This document shows positions 1 to 9,729 of a DNA stretch of 32,000 nucleotides, in pieces. The notes under the pieces are model-generated. The model was not told where the DNA came from, did no database searches, and saw only the letters and a list, made by a program, of their open reading frames with translations. The DNA is from Acaryochloris marina MBIC11017 (GTDB lineage Bacteria; Cyanobacteriota; Cyanobacteriia; Thermosynechococcales; Thermosynechococcaceae): assembly GCF_000018105.1 (NCBI RefSeq), contig NC_009925.1, positions 4,230,001-4,262,000 on the forward strand. Direction: 5' to 3'. The translations under genes were made by a program, and so were the position numbers. Within the stretch, counting starts at the first letter, position 1. Each line of letters starts with the position of its first letter.

Positions 1-406
1 ATAAAAACTCAATCTTCTTGGATATCTGACACAACTTATAAATATCCTGATATCAATAGAGCAAAAATCAATAGGATTCAGATCTGAACTAATAGGACCC
101 AACCAAGGTTGGAACTACGAACCTAACTCTATGTCTGAAGATTTGTAGTTTATGAAGGCTTCCAACGAATCCCATACTAGGTCTGGAGAGATATAGGGTG
201 TTGAGATATCTTCAAAACTAAATTCGATGAATATTAGGCCAGCTGGCAGAATCCACTAAGGCCTTGACCAAACATCATGAAATAGCTCGTTCTGTTTCAC
301 TCTGGGATTGGTAGTTGTAGCATCCCAGACGAGGAGTCGCAGGTCTTTTGCACTTCAACGTTAGACAGTGGTATCCTCAGCCATTTCAATTTTGGAAACG
401 AGATAG

Positions 407-435
407 TTCATCCTAACTTCAGCGATTAGGATGAA
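407..435 (+). other. Perfect 10-bp stem / 9-nt loop hairpin just upstream of the vWA gene
   Basis: TTCATCCTAA (407-416) and TTAGGATGAA (426-435) are exact reverse complements, separated by CTTCAGCGA. No U-run follows, so this is not a canonical intrinsic terminator. Function unknown. Confidence 0.3.
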
Positions 436-485
436 GTCACTCCAGCCTTGTGCTGGAAACCCTTGGAATTGAGGAGAAGGATGCA

Positions 486-2546
486 ATGAAGCAGTTTAAT
501 TGGCAGCGGTCTGGTGCACTATCCGCCGCCTTACTGATGACGATGAGTGCTTGCCAACCACTCAATATTGCCCAAGCGAAATCGCAACCCCAAACCAGAA
601 TCAAGGGTTGCAATTCTGAGTCGCTGCTGCTGCCCGCCCATAAAGATGTCGAGGTATTGCGCAATCTGTATGAACAGTATCTGGGGCGCACGCCGGTCGA
701 AATTGAGTTAGGGCTATCCCGTGCTGAGTTTGCTCAAAGTTTGGCCCAGCTTACTCGTAGTTTAGAGCGTTTACAGGATAAATCTTTGAGTTCTGTAGAT
801 GCAGCTCTGCTCAAACGCCTACAGCAAGACTATGCAACAGAGCTGAGTCAGGTCCGTCAACGTCGTAAACCTAGCAATCGTCGATTTGGGATCTCACCTC
901 GACGTCCACGACCAACCGGTCTGCCACCGGCCCTTACGAAAGCACAGCCTGCCCCGGCGGAAACCGCTGCTCAATCCCAATTCAGCCGTGACCAAAGTGG
1001 TCGGATGAAGTCGGTTGCGCCCCCCGCTGGCCTTGCGCCCCCTGCACCTGAACCTAGATTCCAGGACAAGGATCGCCTTCATCTACCTGGGACATTCAAC
1101 ACCGAAGACTACAAGCGCATCAATGAGAATCCGTTTTTCTTACCTCAGCGCACCCCCCTGTCCACCTTTTCCATTGATGTGGATACGGCCTCCTATAGCA
1201 ATGTGCGACGCTTTATCCGCCAAGGTCAACTCCCACCCAAAGATGCCGTGCGTCTCGAAGAACTGATTAACTACTTCGACTACGGCTATGCCTCTCCCAA
1301 AGGCGATCAGCCTTTCTCCGTCAGTACTGAGGTGGCGACTGCCCCTTGGAATAACCAGCATAAGCTCGTACATATCGGCCTCAAAGGCAAGGAGCTAGAA
1401 AAAGAACAGCCCAGCAATTTGGTGTTTCTGATTGACGTGTCGGGGTCCATGAAACGCCCCAACAAGCTGGCCCTGGTCAAGAAGTCCCTTTGCTTACTGG
1501 TTCATCAGCTGAAGCCTGAAGATCGGGTCAGCTTAGTGGTGTATGCCGGGCGGGCTGGCATTGTTTTACCGTCGACACCAGGCACCCAAAAAGCCACGAT
1601 TATGAACGCCATCGATCGGCTAGAGGCCGGTGGATCCACTGCAGGGGCAGCTGGCATTAAGATGGCCTATGATATGGCCGAACGCCACTTTCTCAAGAAT
1701 GGCAATAATCGAGTGATCTTAGCGACGGATGGCGACTTTAATGTCGGCCAATCCAGCGATGCTGAATTAGAGCGTCTGATCGAGCAAAAGCGAGATCGAG
1801 GAGTATTTCTCACGGTCTTAGGCTATGGCACGGGCAATTATAAAGACAACAAAATGGAGCTGTTAGCGAACAAAGGCAATGGGAACTATGCCTATATCGA
1901 TACCCTCCTAGAAGCTCAGAAAGTGCTCGTCAATGACTTGCGAGGAACCCTATTCACCATTGCCAAAGACGTCAAAATTCAGGTGGAATTTAACCCGGGA
2001 AAAGTCCAGGCCTATCGCCTGATTGGCTATGAAAATCGCTTGCTGCGCGATCAGGATTTCAATGATGATCGGAAGGATGCGGGTGAAATAGGCTCTGGAC
2101 ATACCATTACGGCTCTCTACGAGGTGATACCCACTGGCGTGAAAAGTGATGTCGAGCTTCCTGATATTGATCCGCTGAAGTTCCAAAAGCCGACTGCCAG
2201 CAGCAATAGTTCAGATCTGATGAACCTGAAGTTACGGTACAAGCAGCCCACGGGCAGTAAGAGCCAGCTGATCAGTACTGCGATCGCAGATAAAAACCGC
2301 TCGATTCAATCTGCGACTGACAACCTCAAATTCTCCGCCGCCGTTGCCATGTACGGAATGGTTTTAAGAGATTCAGACTACAAAGGTAAAGCTACCTTTA
2401 ACCAAGTTCTGGACCTCGCAGACCAGGCCAAAGGGAAAGATCCTCAAGGTTATCGCATGGCCTTTATGCAGCTGGTAGAACGCAGTCAAACCTTGCAGCA
2501 AGCCAAAGCCCGAACTGAAAAGCCAAAAGCTCAATTATCTCCCTAA
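486..2546 (+). CDS. Secreted, probably lipidated, von Willebrand factor type A (vWA) domain protein with YfbK-like architecture
   Basis: ORF 450..2546. I prefer ATG 486 over GTG 450 because a purine-rich GAGGAGAAGGA run lies at 471-481. The N-terminus MKQFNWQRSGALSAALLMTMSAC looks like a signal peptide ending in a lipobox-like MSAC. A Pro-rich linker follows, then the conserved NTEDY..NPF..PLSTFSIDVDTASYSNVRRFI domain. The vWA domain carries a MIDAS-type DxSxS (LIDVSGSM), and the C-terminal region is typical of YfbK-type proteins. Confidence 0.85.
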   Translation: MKQFNWQRSGALSAALLMTMSACQPLNIAQAKSQPQTRIKGCNSESLLLPAHKDVEVLRNLYEQYLGRTPVEIELGLSRAEFAQSLAQLTRSLERLQDKSLSSVDAALLKRLQQDYATELSQVRQRRKPSNRRFGISPRRPRPTGLPPALTKAQPAPAETAAQSQFSRDQSGRMKSVAPPAGLAPPAPEPRFQDKDRLHLPGTFNTEDYKRINENPFFLPQRTPLSTFSIDVDTASYSNVRRFIRQGQLPPKDAVRLEELINYFDYGYASPKGDQPFSVSTEVATAPWNNQHKLVHIGLKGKELEKEQPSNLVFLIDVSGSMKRPNKLALVKKSLCLLVHQLKPEDRVSLVVYAGRAGIVLPSTPGTQKATIMNAIDRLEAGGSTAGAAGIKMAYDMAERHFLKNGNNRVILATDGDFNVGQSSDAELERLIEQKRDRGVFLTVLGYGTGNYKDNKMELLANKGNGNYAYIDTLLEAQKVLVNDLRGTLFTIAKDVKIQVEFNPGKVQAYRLIGYENRLLRDQDFNDDRKDAGEIGSGHTITALYEVIPTGVKSDVELPDIDPLKFQKPTASSNSSDLMNLKLRYKQPTGSKSQLISTAIADKNRSIQSATDNLKFSAAVAMYGMVLRDSDYKGKATFNQVLDLADQAKGKDPQGYRMAFMQLVERSQTLQQAKARTEKPKAQLSP

Positions 2547-2838
2547 CGTTCTTCCCGCAACCCGTTTGACTAGACTCCCAAGTTTTAGCGCGAACGGGTT
2601 GTGCGTATGGACTCGACAAGAAACATGTGTTGCGAGTACCTGCAGAAGGCGTATCCCTCAATAGAAATGCTGATTATTGAAGATATCACTGAAGGTGAAG
2701 AGATTGTTTAGAGAGTGGGTAAATAGATTGAAGAGCAGTCAGTCACTGAAGTTGAAGCATATTGTGAGTTGACGTGACCATAGGTGACGCAGAATTGAGT
2801 CCCACGTTTGGATTAACGGATTGCAGGGAATGATCTAT

Positions 2839-3174
2839 CTACGACGTAGTGGGAGACGCGTACATTCGAGGGGGCATAATTTCTGAGTTGCGGCGATATT
2901 CAGCCAAGTACTGCTCCAGGACGACGAACTGAGCCAAATTTAGACTGTAGTAAATCCAGCGCCCTTCATGGCGGGTATGGACCAATTCCGCGTCTTTGAG
3001 GACTTTTAAATGGAATGAGAGCTTGGACTGGTTGATATCTAAAGACTCGCATAACTCACCCACACAGAGTTCTCGGTGGCGTAAAAGCTCTAAAACGTGG
3101 GTACGGAGAGGGTCAGCGAGGGCATGGAAACCAGCGAAAACTAGTTCAGGAGAGGTAGAACAAACGTGTTGCAT
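2839..3174 (-). CDS. ArsR/SmtB family winged-helix transcriptional regulator
   Basis: The 111-aa ORF has a LADPLRTHVLELL..ELCVGELCESLDINQSKLSFHLKVLKDAELV..EGRWIYYSL pattern, matching the ArsR/SmtB HTH. ELCVGEL resembles the SmtB alpha3 region. The C-terminal helix lacks the His/Asp/Glu residues of the alpha5 metal site. Confidence 0.85.
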   Translation of the reverse strand: MQHVCSTSPELVFAGFHALADPLRTHVLELLRHRELCVGELCESLDINQSKLSFHLKVLKDAELVHTRHEGRWIYYSLNLAQFVVLEQYLAEYRRNSEIMPPRMYASPTTS

Positions 3175-3274
3175 CAGAGGAGGTCAGAGGTTAGGTGAAT
3201 CGTTTATATCCGAAAAATGGGAATCGATTCGTGAAGTAAGAAACAATACCTATTGTAAAAGACTCTTCGCCATG

Positions 3275-4105
3275 TTAGGGAAAATCACTCATTTGGTTAA
3301 GCAACTTATGAACCAAAGAAATATGTTCAGGAGAAGGGTTTTGGGCTAAAAAATCTTGTAAATCTTGTCGGGCTTCGGACCAACGGCCTACATGATAGTA
3401 CAAGATACCCCGATCTCGCAGCTCACTATAACACTTCGGATCAACGAGCAGAATCTGCTCTGATGTGCTGAGGCATTTTTCCAGATGGTTTTCATTGAGA
3501 TAGATTTGTTTCAGATTGTTCAGTAGCCGCACCAGAAACTGCTGGGGACTAACCACCTGAAAGAATTCAGGTCTCATCTCCATCGGATGCCCAAAAACTT
3601 GGGTGATGCGATCGCGGCAATCCTGCTCAAACAAAATCTCTCCCTGATAGAAAGGATCCACAAAAATATTCATGTCATCCCGAGTAGGGCGAACAAGAAA
3701 ATGCCCTGGAAAGTTAATCCCTTCCATCGGGAAGTTGATCCGGCGGGCAATTTCAATATAAACCAACGATAGGGTAATAGGAATGCCTAACCGCCGATCC
3801 AAGACATCATTGAGGAAGCTATTGCGGGGATCGTAGTAATGTTGACTGTTGCCCGTAAAGCCAAGATCCTCGTATAGATAACGATTCAGGGTTTGCAGGA
3901 CTTTTAAAGGGTATGGATCAGCAGGCAGTCGTTCTTCGACTTCTCCCGCCATCGTGTCCAGGGCATTGAGATATTCATCAACCGCTAAAGCGGGATACTC
4001 TTCCTGAGCAATATAAAGTGCAGCCGCAGCCAAATCTGGCTCAGACGATTGACGGAGCAAATGATAGAGCTGTTGACGAGGAGCCGAGAACTTCATCGTA
4101 TTCAC
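3275..4105 (-). CDS. SirB1/YchA-like protein (transglutaminase-like core plus TPR-like C-terminus)
   Basis: The 276-aa ORF contains LGFTGNSQHYYDPRNSFLNDVLDRRLGIPITLSLVYIEIARRINFPMEGINFPGHFLVR, the hallmark block of the SirB1 / transglutaminase-like family. The tail is helical and repeat-like. Confidence 0.75.
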   Translation of the reverse strand: MNTMKFSAPRQQLYHLLRQSSEPDLAAAALYIAQEEYPALAVDEYLNALDTMAGEVEERLPADPYPLKVLQTLNRYLYEDLGFTGNSQHYYDPRNSFLNDVLDRRLGIPITLSLVYIEIARRINFPMEGINFPGHFLVRPTRDDMNIFVDPFYQGEILFEQDCRDRITQVFGHPMEMRPEFFQVVSPQQFLVRLLNNLKQIYLNENHLEKCLSTSEQILLVDPKCYSELRDRGILYYHVGRWSEARQDLQDFLAQNPSPEHISLVHKLLNQMSDFP

Positions 4106-4356
4106 GATGTTACCTCGTAATTATTGCAAATAGGTCAATTTGCGAATTTCTACTGGAATTTCTGGCAGATATAAATCCCCAACACCGTCTTCAATCATCG
4201 ATCTCGGTTCAGCTATTCGCCAGGGATGTTGAAGATCATGCCAAAATAAAATATATGGGATCATCATTCCAATAGCACCAATATAGGAATGAATACCCTC
4301 CACATAAACGCTCTGAGGAATGTGCCTTAACTGTTTAAGTCCATTTAGGTTCTGTT

Positions 4357-6285
4357 TTGATTCAGCTCTTGTTTGAAAGATTCAGAAAAATTATTGTGAG
4401 TTGGTGGGCCGACTCCAATATCCAAACTCGGCTTATGGTCGCTGCAACCCTTGTGGTGTCCTTGCTGATGAGTTCCCTGACATTTTGGGCTGTGAATAGC
4501 ATTCAGCAAGATGCTCGCCTGCAGGACAATCGATTTGGCCGGGACTTAGGGTTACTCTTATCATCCAATGTGGCTCCGTTGGTAGCAGACCATAATTATG
4601 GAGATTTGGCCAAACTATCGCGGGAGTTTTATAGCCGCACCTCTAGCATTCGCTACATGATTTATGCCGATGAAGAAGGCAGTATCTATTACGGCATCCC
4701 CTATTCTGAAACCCAGGTCAATAGTTCCTTGACCTTGCGGCGGTTGATGCAATTGCCAGAGAACTTTATGCCGACTGCTGGATCGGTGATGGTGCGGGAG
4801 CATTCAACCCCTGACGGTGAAGTGACGGATGTATTTGTCCCTCTATTGCAGGATGAACAATACTTGGGCGTGTTGGCCATTGGCATCAATCCCAACCCCA
4901 CGGCAGTAACTTCCTCCCATTTAACCCGCGATGTCACTATTGCTGTATTTATCACCATTTGGGTGATGGTGATCCTGGGGGCTGTATTTAATGCTCTAAT
5001 CATTACCAACCCGATTAAAGAGTTGGTGGTGGGTGTGAAAACCATTGCCTCCGGCAACTTCAAAAAACGCGTTGACCTCCCGTTTGGCGGAGAGTTAGGG
5101 GAACTGATCTTCAGCTTCAACGATATGGCAGAGCGGCTAGAGCGCTATCAGGAGCAAAATATTGAGGAACTGACAGCCCAGAAAGCCAAGCTAGAAACCC
5201 TAGTCTCTACCATTGCCGATGGAGCGGTGCTGCTGGATACAGATTTAGCAGTGATTTTGGCGAACCCCACAGCTCGACGCTTATTTAACTGGGATAGCGA
5301 AGTCGTCAGTAAAAATGTTCTCAACCATTTACCAGAGCCTGTACAAATTGAGTTGACCCGTCCCCTCTATCAGAGCGCAGCGGGGCAGGAAGGCAGTGAA
5401 TTTCGAATTACCCTGACTGGACCCACCCCCCGCACGGTGCGTATCTTGCTGACAACGGTTCTGGATCAGCAACGGGAGAAGGTCAAAGGAATCGCCATGA
5501 CGGTTCAGGACATTACTCGAGAAGTGGAACTCAATGAAGCAAAGAGCCAATTTATTAGCAATATCTCCCATGAGCTGAGAACGCCTTTATTCAATATCAA
5601 ATCCTTTATCGAAACCCTCCATGACTATGGCGATGACTTGAGTGCCGAAGATCGCCAAGAGTTTTTGGATACAGCGAATCGTGAAACGGATCGCTTGACT
5701 CGCCTCGTGAATGATGTGCTCGATCTATCACGACTGGAGTCGGGCAAGCAATATCGTTTTGAAGCGGTTGATCTGCTCCAGCCCGTAGAGCAAACTCTGA
5801 GAACCTATCAACTGACGGCTCGCGATCAAGGGATCGAGTTGAGCCACGATATCCAGGCAAATCTCTCGCCCATCTGGGGTAATTATGATTTGCTCCTGCA
5901 AGTCCTCACCAACTTAATTGGGAATGCCTTGAAATTTACGCTTAAGGGTGGAAAGGTGATGATTCGAGCTTATCCCTTAGCAGAACATACGAATCAAGTG
6001 CGGGTAGAGGTTGCGGATACCGGGATTGGCATTGAGCCGGATGATCAAGCGGCTATTTTCGATCGGTTTTACCGAGTTGAGAATCGAGTCCATACCTTGG
6101 AAGGTACAGGTTTAGGACTCTCGATTGTCAGGAATATCCTGGACAAGCATCACGCAAGCGTCAATTTAATCAGCGAGTCAGGGGTTGGGACGACCTTCTG
6201 GTTTGACCTCAACGTCTATCGTGACGATTTAGCCAAGCGTGCGGCTGATGAAGCAGACTCTTTAGAAATGCCGGCCCAAGCCTAG
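4357..6285 (+). CDS. nblS: Membrane sensor histidine kinase of the NblS/Hik33/DspA type (2 TM, HAMP, PAS, HisKA, HATPase_c)
   Basis: The N-terminus WWADSNIQTRLMVAATLVVSLLMSSLTFWAVNSIQ matches the conserved NblS/Hik33 N-terminus. A second TM follows, then a HAMP-like segment (FNDMAERLE) and a PAS-like region. The H-box is SNISHELRTPL, and N, G1 and G2 boxes are present (GNALKFT, DTGIGI, GTGLGLSI). The start is uncertain: TTG 4357 is as listed, with alternatives TTG 4369 and GTG 4399. Confidence 0.85.
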   Translation: MIQLLFERFRKIIVSWWADSNIQTRLMVAATLVVSLLMSSLTFWAVNSIQQDARLQDNRFGRDLGLLLSSNVAPLVADHNYGDLAKLSREFYSRTSSIRYMIYADEEGSIYYGIPYSETQVNSSLTLRRLMQLPENFMPTAGSVMVREHSTPDGEVTDVFVPLLQDEQYLGVLAIGINPNPTAVTSSHLTRDVTIAVFITIWVMVILGAVFNALIITNPIKELVVGVKTIASGNFKKRVDLPFGGELGELIFSFNDMAERLERYQEQNIEELTAQKAKLETLVSTIADGAVLLDTDLAVILANPTARRLFNWDSEVVSKNVLNHLPEPVQIELTRPLYQSAAGQEGSEFRITLTGPTPRTVRILLTTVLDQQREKVKGIAMTVQDITREVELNEAKSQFISNISHELRTPLFNIKSFIETLHDYGDDLSAEDRQEFLDTANRETDRLTRLVNDVLDLSRLESGKQYRFEAVDLLQPVEQTLRTYQLTARDQGIELSHDIQANLSPIWGNYDLLLQVLTNLIGNALKFTLKGGKVMIRAYPLAEHTNQVRVEVADTGIGIEPDDQAAIFDRFYRVENRVHTLEGTGLGLSIVRNILDKHHASVNLISESGVGTTFWFDLNVYRDDLAKRAADEADSLEMPAQA

Positions 6286-6290
6286 CTCAC

Positions 6291-6884
6291 TTACCACCCT
6301 AGCCAAGAATGATTAGGGTGCGGGGGTGTTTCAGGTGGGGGAGTAGTGGCCATCTGATCACTGACTAGCTTTGACTCTGCACAAAAAGAGGTAGTATTAA
6401 ATCCACCAAAGCTTTTGACCGTCGTGGTGCGCAGTCGCAAGTTGGGATTGGCAAACCAAAACCGCTCTTGAGAACTCATAGTGTCATATTCGGTGGTTAA
6501 AACGAGGCCATTTTGCGCATCCACCTGATACTGCCCCACGACGGGAACGCTCTCAGCATACCCCCGCTCCCGCAATAACTGACCGGCGTTATTACTACCT
6601 TCATGGGGGACTAAAACAAATACCGTTGACCCCCGATGGGAGTCGTTCTCCTCCTGATCCCAGGCCATTGCACCTCGCCACTGCACAAAACACCCGCCGA
6701 TGGCTAAGTGGGGTTGAGCATGATGTAACTGGCAAATTTCAATGACTTTGGGGTCATCTGGGGCTAAGACCTGGACCTCGATTTCTGTATTTCCCGACTC
6801 GGACCGGCGAAGGAGCAAATGGTGGGTAATGCGATGGGACCGCCACCGGCCTTCGCTGAGTTGGAAAAATTCTAGGGCATTCAT
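6291..6884 (-). CDS. Phycobiliprotein chromophore lyase, CpcS/CpeS (S/U-type) family
   Basis: The 197-aa ORF has FFQLSEGRWRSHRITHHL, GSTVFVLVP, LLRERGYAESVPVVGQY and ERFWFANPNLRLRTT blocks characteristic of CpcS/CpcU/CpeS lyases. A short Pro-rich C-terminal extension follows. The subfamily cannot be assigned by eye. Confidence 0.8.
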   Translation of the reverse strand: MNALEFFQLSEGRWRSHRITHHLLLRRSESGNTEIEVQVLAPDDPKVIEICQLHHAQPHLAIGGCFVQWRGAMAWDQEENDSHRGSTVFVLVPHEGSNNAGQLLRERGYAESVPVVGQYQVDAQNGLVLTTEYDTMSSQERFWFANPNLRLRTTTVKSFGGFNTTSFCAESKLVSDQMATTPPPETPPHPNHSWLGW

Positions 6885-6936
6885 GTTAGCGCTTGCTCAA
6901 TCGAGTGGGGGCATTCGGTCAATCCATGGGGTGGAG

Positions 6937-9243
6937 CTATTCCTCTTCTGTCTCATCGGGGAGATCGCTCTCATCTTCACCATTCACTTTGATGGGCGCT
7001 TCGGTCACCTCATCTTCAGGAGCTTCGCTACCACCACCGACGACAATTAAGTCGATTTGTTGGCGATAGTAATCAACGCTCTTGACCTCGACATCAACAC
7101 GATCACCCAAACGATACTGACAGCGATTTTTGCGACCCACTAAGGTTTGTTGGCGAGAGCGGTATTCATACCAGTCGTCTTTGAGGGAGCTAACATGTAC
7201 TAACCCTTCGACCATGAGCGTCTCGATGCGGACAAAGAAACCATAGGACTGAATTCCGGTGATAATACCCTGTAATACTTCTCCCGTATGAGTTTGCATT
7301 TGCTTGGTCTTTTGCAGCCCCGTTAGATCCTGGCAGGCTTGACGGGCTAAGTCGGCTTGCTCATTCAATTGGGGAATCGCGTCCGTAATCAAGGCATCTA
7401 AATGCCGCTGGGTCTCCGGGGGTAAGACATTCCAGCTAATCTGCCCATGGCAATCGCTATGGCGCAAATTCACTTTCTCTTTGGCTCGAGATGTGCGCCG
7501 ATCGCGCCCTTCTGTAAAGACCGCATGTAAAATGCGCTGATTGAGCAAATCGCCATATCGATTGAGGGGAGAGGTGAAGTGGCCATAGTTGTTGACAAGG
7601 GCTAAACCAAAATGTGGCCCTGACACCGCACTGTACTGGACGGGCTTGAGGGTGGATTGCAGTAGCTCAAATAGGATGGCTGAGCGTTCTGAAGTCTGAA
7701 AGGTTTGGCTAAAGGTTTGGAAATCCTGGGGCTGAACCGTATCTTCCTGCTGCAAACCGAGGGAGAGCTGGATATTGTCAGCCAACTTGAGTAGATCCTG
7801 GAGATCTTGAGCATCAGGTGGAGCTTGGATTTGATAAACCCCTGGAATGGCTAATGCCTGCAGATGGGAAAGAACCAGGTGATTGGCGAGGACTAACAGA
7901 TCAGCAATGATGCTGTGCGCTTGGGTGGGGGACGCTAAGATAACGGCTCCTAAATCCCCTTCATCACCCATGATTTGGGGAGGAACGGTGGACAGCAACA
8001 GATCAAAGCCACCGCGATCATAGCGTTGCTTTTTCAGGGCCTCACTCACCGTCTGAAACAGCTGCATGGCATCTGCGAGGGACTTATCTTTGTGATCTCC
8101 ATCCAGAATTTCTTGCACTTGTTCATAGGCTAAGTGTTGATCGACATGAATCACAGAAGGCTGAATTTCAAATTCTAGAACCTCCCCCTCGTTATCCAAG
8201 GTGACCAAGATGGAAAACGTGAGGTGATCTTTGCCTGCGGTGAGGGCACCAATGCGCTCAATGCAGGTTTCTGGGAAGAGGGGCAGTGCCGTATCCCCGA
8301 GGAACATAGCGGCCCCCCGTTGGCTAGCCTGACGTTCGATGGAGGAGTCTGGGTCGAGATAGTAGACTAAGTCAGTGACATGGACGCCCACGCGCCACTT
8401 GCTGCCTTTTAATTTTTCGACGGAAAAAGCATGGTCGAGTTGAGTGGGATTGGGGGTGCGATCGCAAATCGTAAACGTGGGCACCTTCAGCAGATTCACC
8501 CGCTTTTTCTGATCGGCTTTGCGCAGCTTTTTCGGCAGGGCTTCAGCTTCTGCTAAAACATCTTCAGGAAAAGAGCGAGGCAAATCGTACTTACAAAAGA
8601 CAAGCTCTGTATCAGCCGCCGATTGGGCATCACTCCCTAGAACTTGGGTGACCCGGCCTAGAGGGGACAGCTGCCCTAAGGGGTAGCGAACAATCTCCAC
8701 ATGTACAAGCTGATCAATCGCCGCTTCCAGGTCGGGGCCATCGGTTTCCTGATGGAGGGCGAGTTCAAATAAAAGGCGATCATCGAGGGGGACGGCTCGA
8801 TACTCCCCCGCTTCTGTTTTCTTGACCCTGGCAATCACAGATGGGTTGGAGCGTTCTAGGATGAGGCGGACTTCACCTTCGGGACTACGGCGACGGCGAC
8901 CTTCCTTGGTGACTTTAACCAGGACCCGATCACCATTCCAAGCTGTATTCAGCTGGCTCTCTCGAATATAAATATCTTCCGTATCGTCTTGATCTTGGAT
9001 AGCGAAGCAAAAGCCTTTACTGGAGCAGCGGAGCTTTCCCTCAACAACCCCTTCTTCTGGGAGACGCTTATATTTGCCGCGCTCTTTGGTGAGGATACCG
9101 ACTTTTTCTAGGGCCTCTAAGGTGATTTGTAATTGTCTGATGCCATCAGAAGCCTGGCAATCTAATTTTTTTTCTAAAGCTTTTGGAGCGAGTAACTTAT
9201 CATCTGCAAAGTTGTTCAGCAGAGTACTAATCGAAAATTCCAT
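6937..9243 (-). CDS. RNase II/R family 3'-5' exoribonuclease (N-terminal OB/cold-shock-like region, RNB domain, C-terminal S1 domain)
   Basis: The 768-aa ORF has an RNB catalytic region (DHAFSVEKL..VGVHVTDLVYYL) and an S1 domain (GEVLQGIITGIQSYGFFVRIETLMVEGLVHVSSL). The C-terminal tail is acidic. Confidence 0.9.
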   Translation of the reverse strand: MEFSISTLLNNFADDKLLAPKALEKKLDCQASDGIRQLQITLEALEKVGILTKERGKYKRLPEEGVVEGKLRCSSKGFCFAIQDQDDTEDIYIRESQLNTAWNGDRVLVKVTKEGRRRRSPEGEVRLILERSNPSVIARVKKTEAGEYRAVPLDDRLLFELALHQETDGPDLEAAIDQLVHVEIVRYPLGQLSPLGRVTQVLGSDAQSAADTELVFCKYDLPRSFPEDVLAEAEALPKKLRKADQKKRVNLLKVPTFTICDRTPNPTQLDHAFSVEKLKGSKWRVGVHVTDLVYYLDPDSSIERQASQRGAAMFLGDTALPLFPETCIERIGALTAGKDHLTFSILVTLDNEGEVLEFEIQPSVIHVDQHLAYEQVQEILDGDHKDKSLADAMQLFQTVSEALKKQRYDRGGFDLLLSTVPPQIMGDEGDLGAVILASPTQAHSIIADLLVLANHLVLSHLQALAIPGVYQIQAPPDAQDLQDLLKLADNIQLSLGLQQEDTVQPQDFQTFSQTFQTSERSAILFELLQSTLKPVQYSAVSGPHFGLALVNNYGHFTSPLNRYGDLLNQRILHAVFTEGRDRRTSRAKEKVNLRHSDCHGQISWNVLPPETQRHLDALITDAIPQLNEQADLARQACQDLTGLQKTKQMQTHTGEVLQGIITGIQSYGFFVRIETLMVEGLVHVSSLKDDWYEYRSRQQTLVGRKNRCQYRLGDRVDVEVKSVDYYRQQIDLIVVGGGSEAPEDEVTEAPIKVNGEDESDLPDETEEE

Positions 9244-9729
9244 GCAACTTTTCGTCCTTCATTGTGGCTAGGGCCCGGCTCCAACTCAGTGCCAACCTTG
9301 TTGATCGTTCTCGCCATAATGCCAGGAGCATCTGTTCTCCTGGAGGGAATAGCTTGACAAGATTGAGCATGATTCAAACCGCTTAGGTCACTGACACTCA
9401 TACCCATCAGAAAAAATCTCAGCTCATGGCCCTTTAAGCAATGGTCTAGCAAACTTAAGGGGTTAGAGAATGCTGTTTTAGAAAAGGATTAGGTTTTGTA
9501 ATGGACCTTGATCCGTTTTTTGCGATCGCAGCATTGATTCTGAGACGTTGACGGAACTGCAGCAAAACAGTTAGAGCATCGAGTGCTTGAGTATGAAAAC
9601 CTGAAGCGCCCTATGAACATTGTATGCTTTATTGATCGTTCCTCACAGGGGAACAACTGTCAAACGAAATTTGTCAATGGGTTCCTAATACCAATTTCCG
9701 ATTTTTAAAGGTTGGGAGACTGCCGAGCC

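Noticed and set aside
437-2186. Antisense and alternative-frame ORFs within the vWA gene (437..691, 894..1082, 1015..1266, 1140..1373, 1950..2186)
   Set aside because: All are embedded in a long ORF with strong domain signatures. Their translations are Arg/Cys/Ser-rich and motif-free.
2557-2604. A 9-bp stem (CAACCCGTT / AACGGGTTG) after the vWA gene as an intrinsic terminator
   Set aside because: The loop is 26 nt and no U-tract follows. The evidence is too weak to call.
9216-9452. A 78-aa minus-strand ORF in the 486-bp region between the RNase II/R gene and phoU
   Set aside because: It overlaps the RNase gene start. It is Cys/His/Gly-rich and unlike a real protein, and it has no ribosome-binding site. 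The region is treated as non-coding, and I could not recognise any ncRNA in it either.
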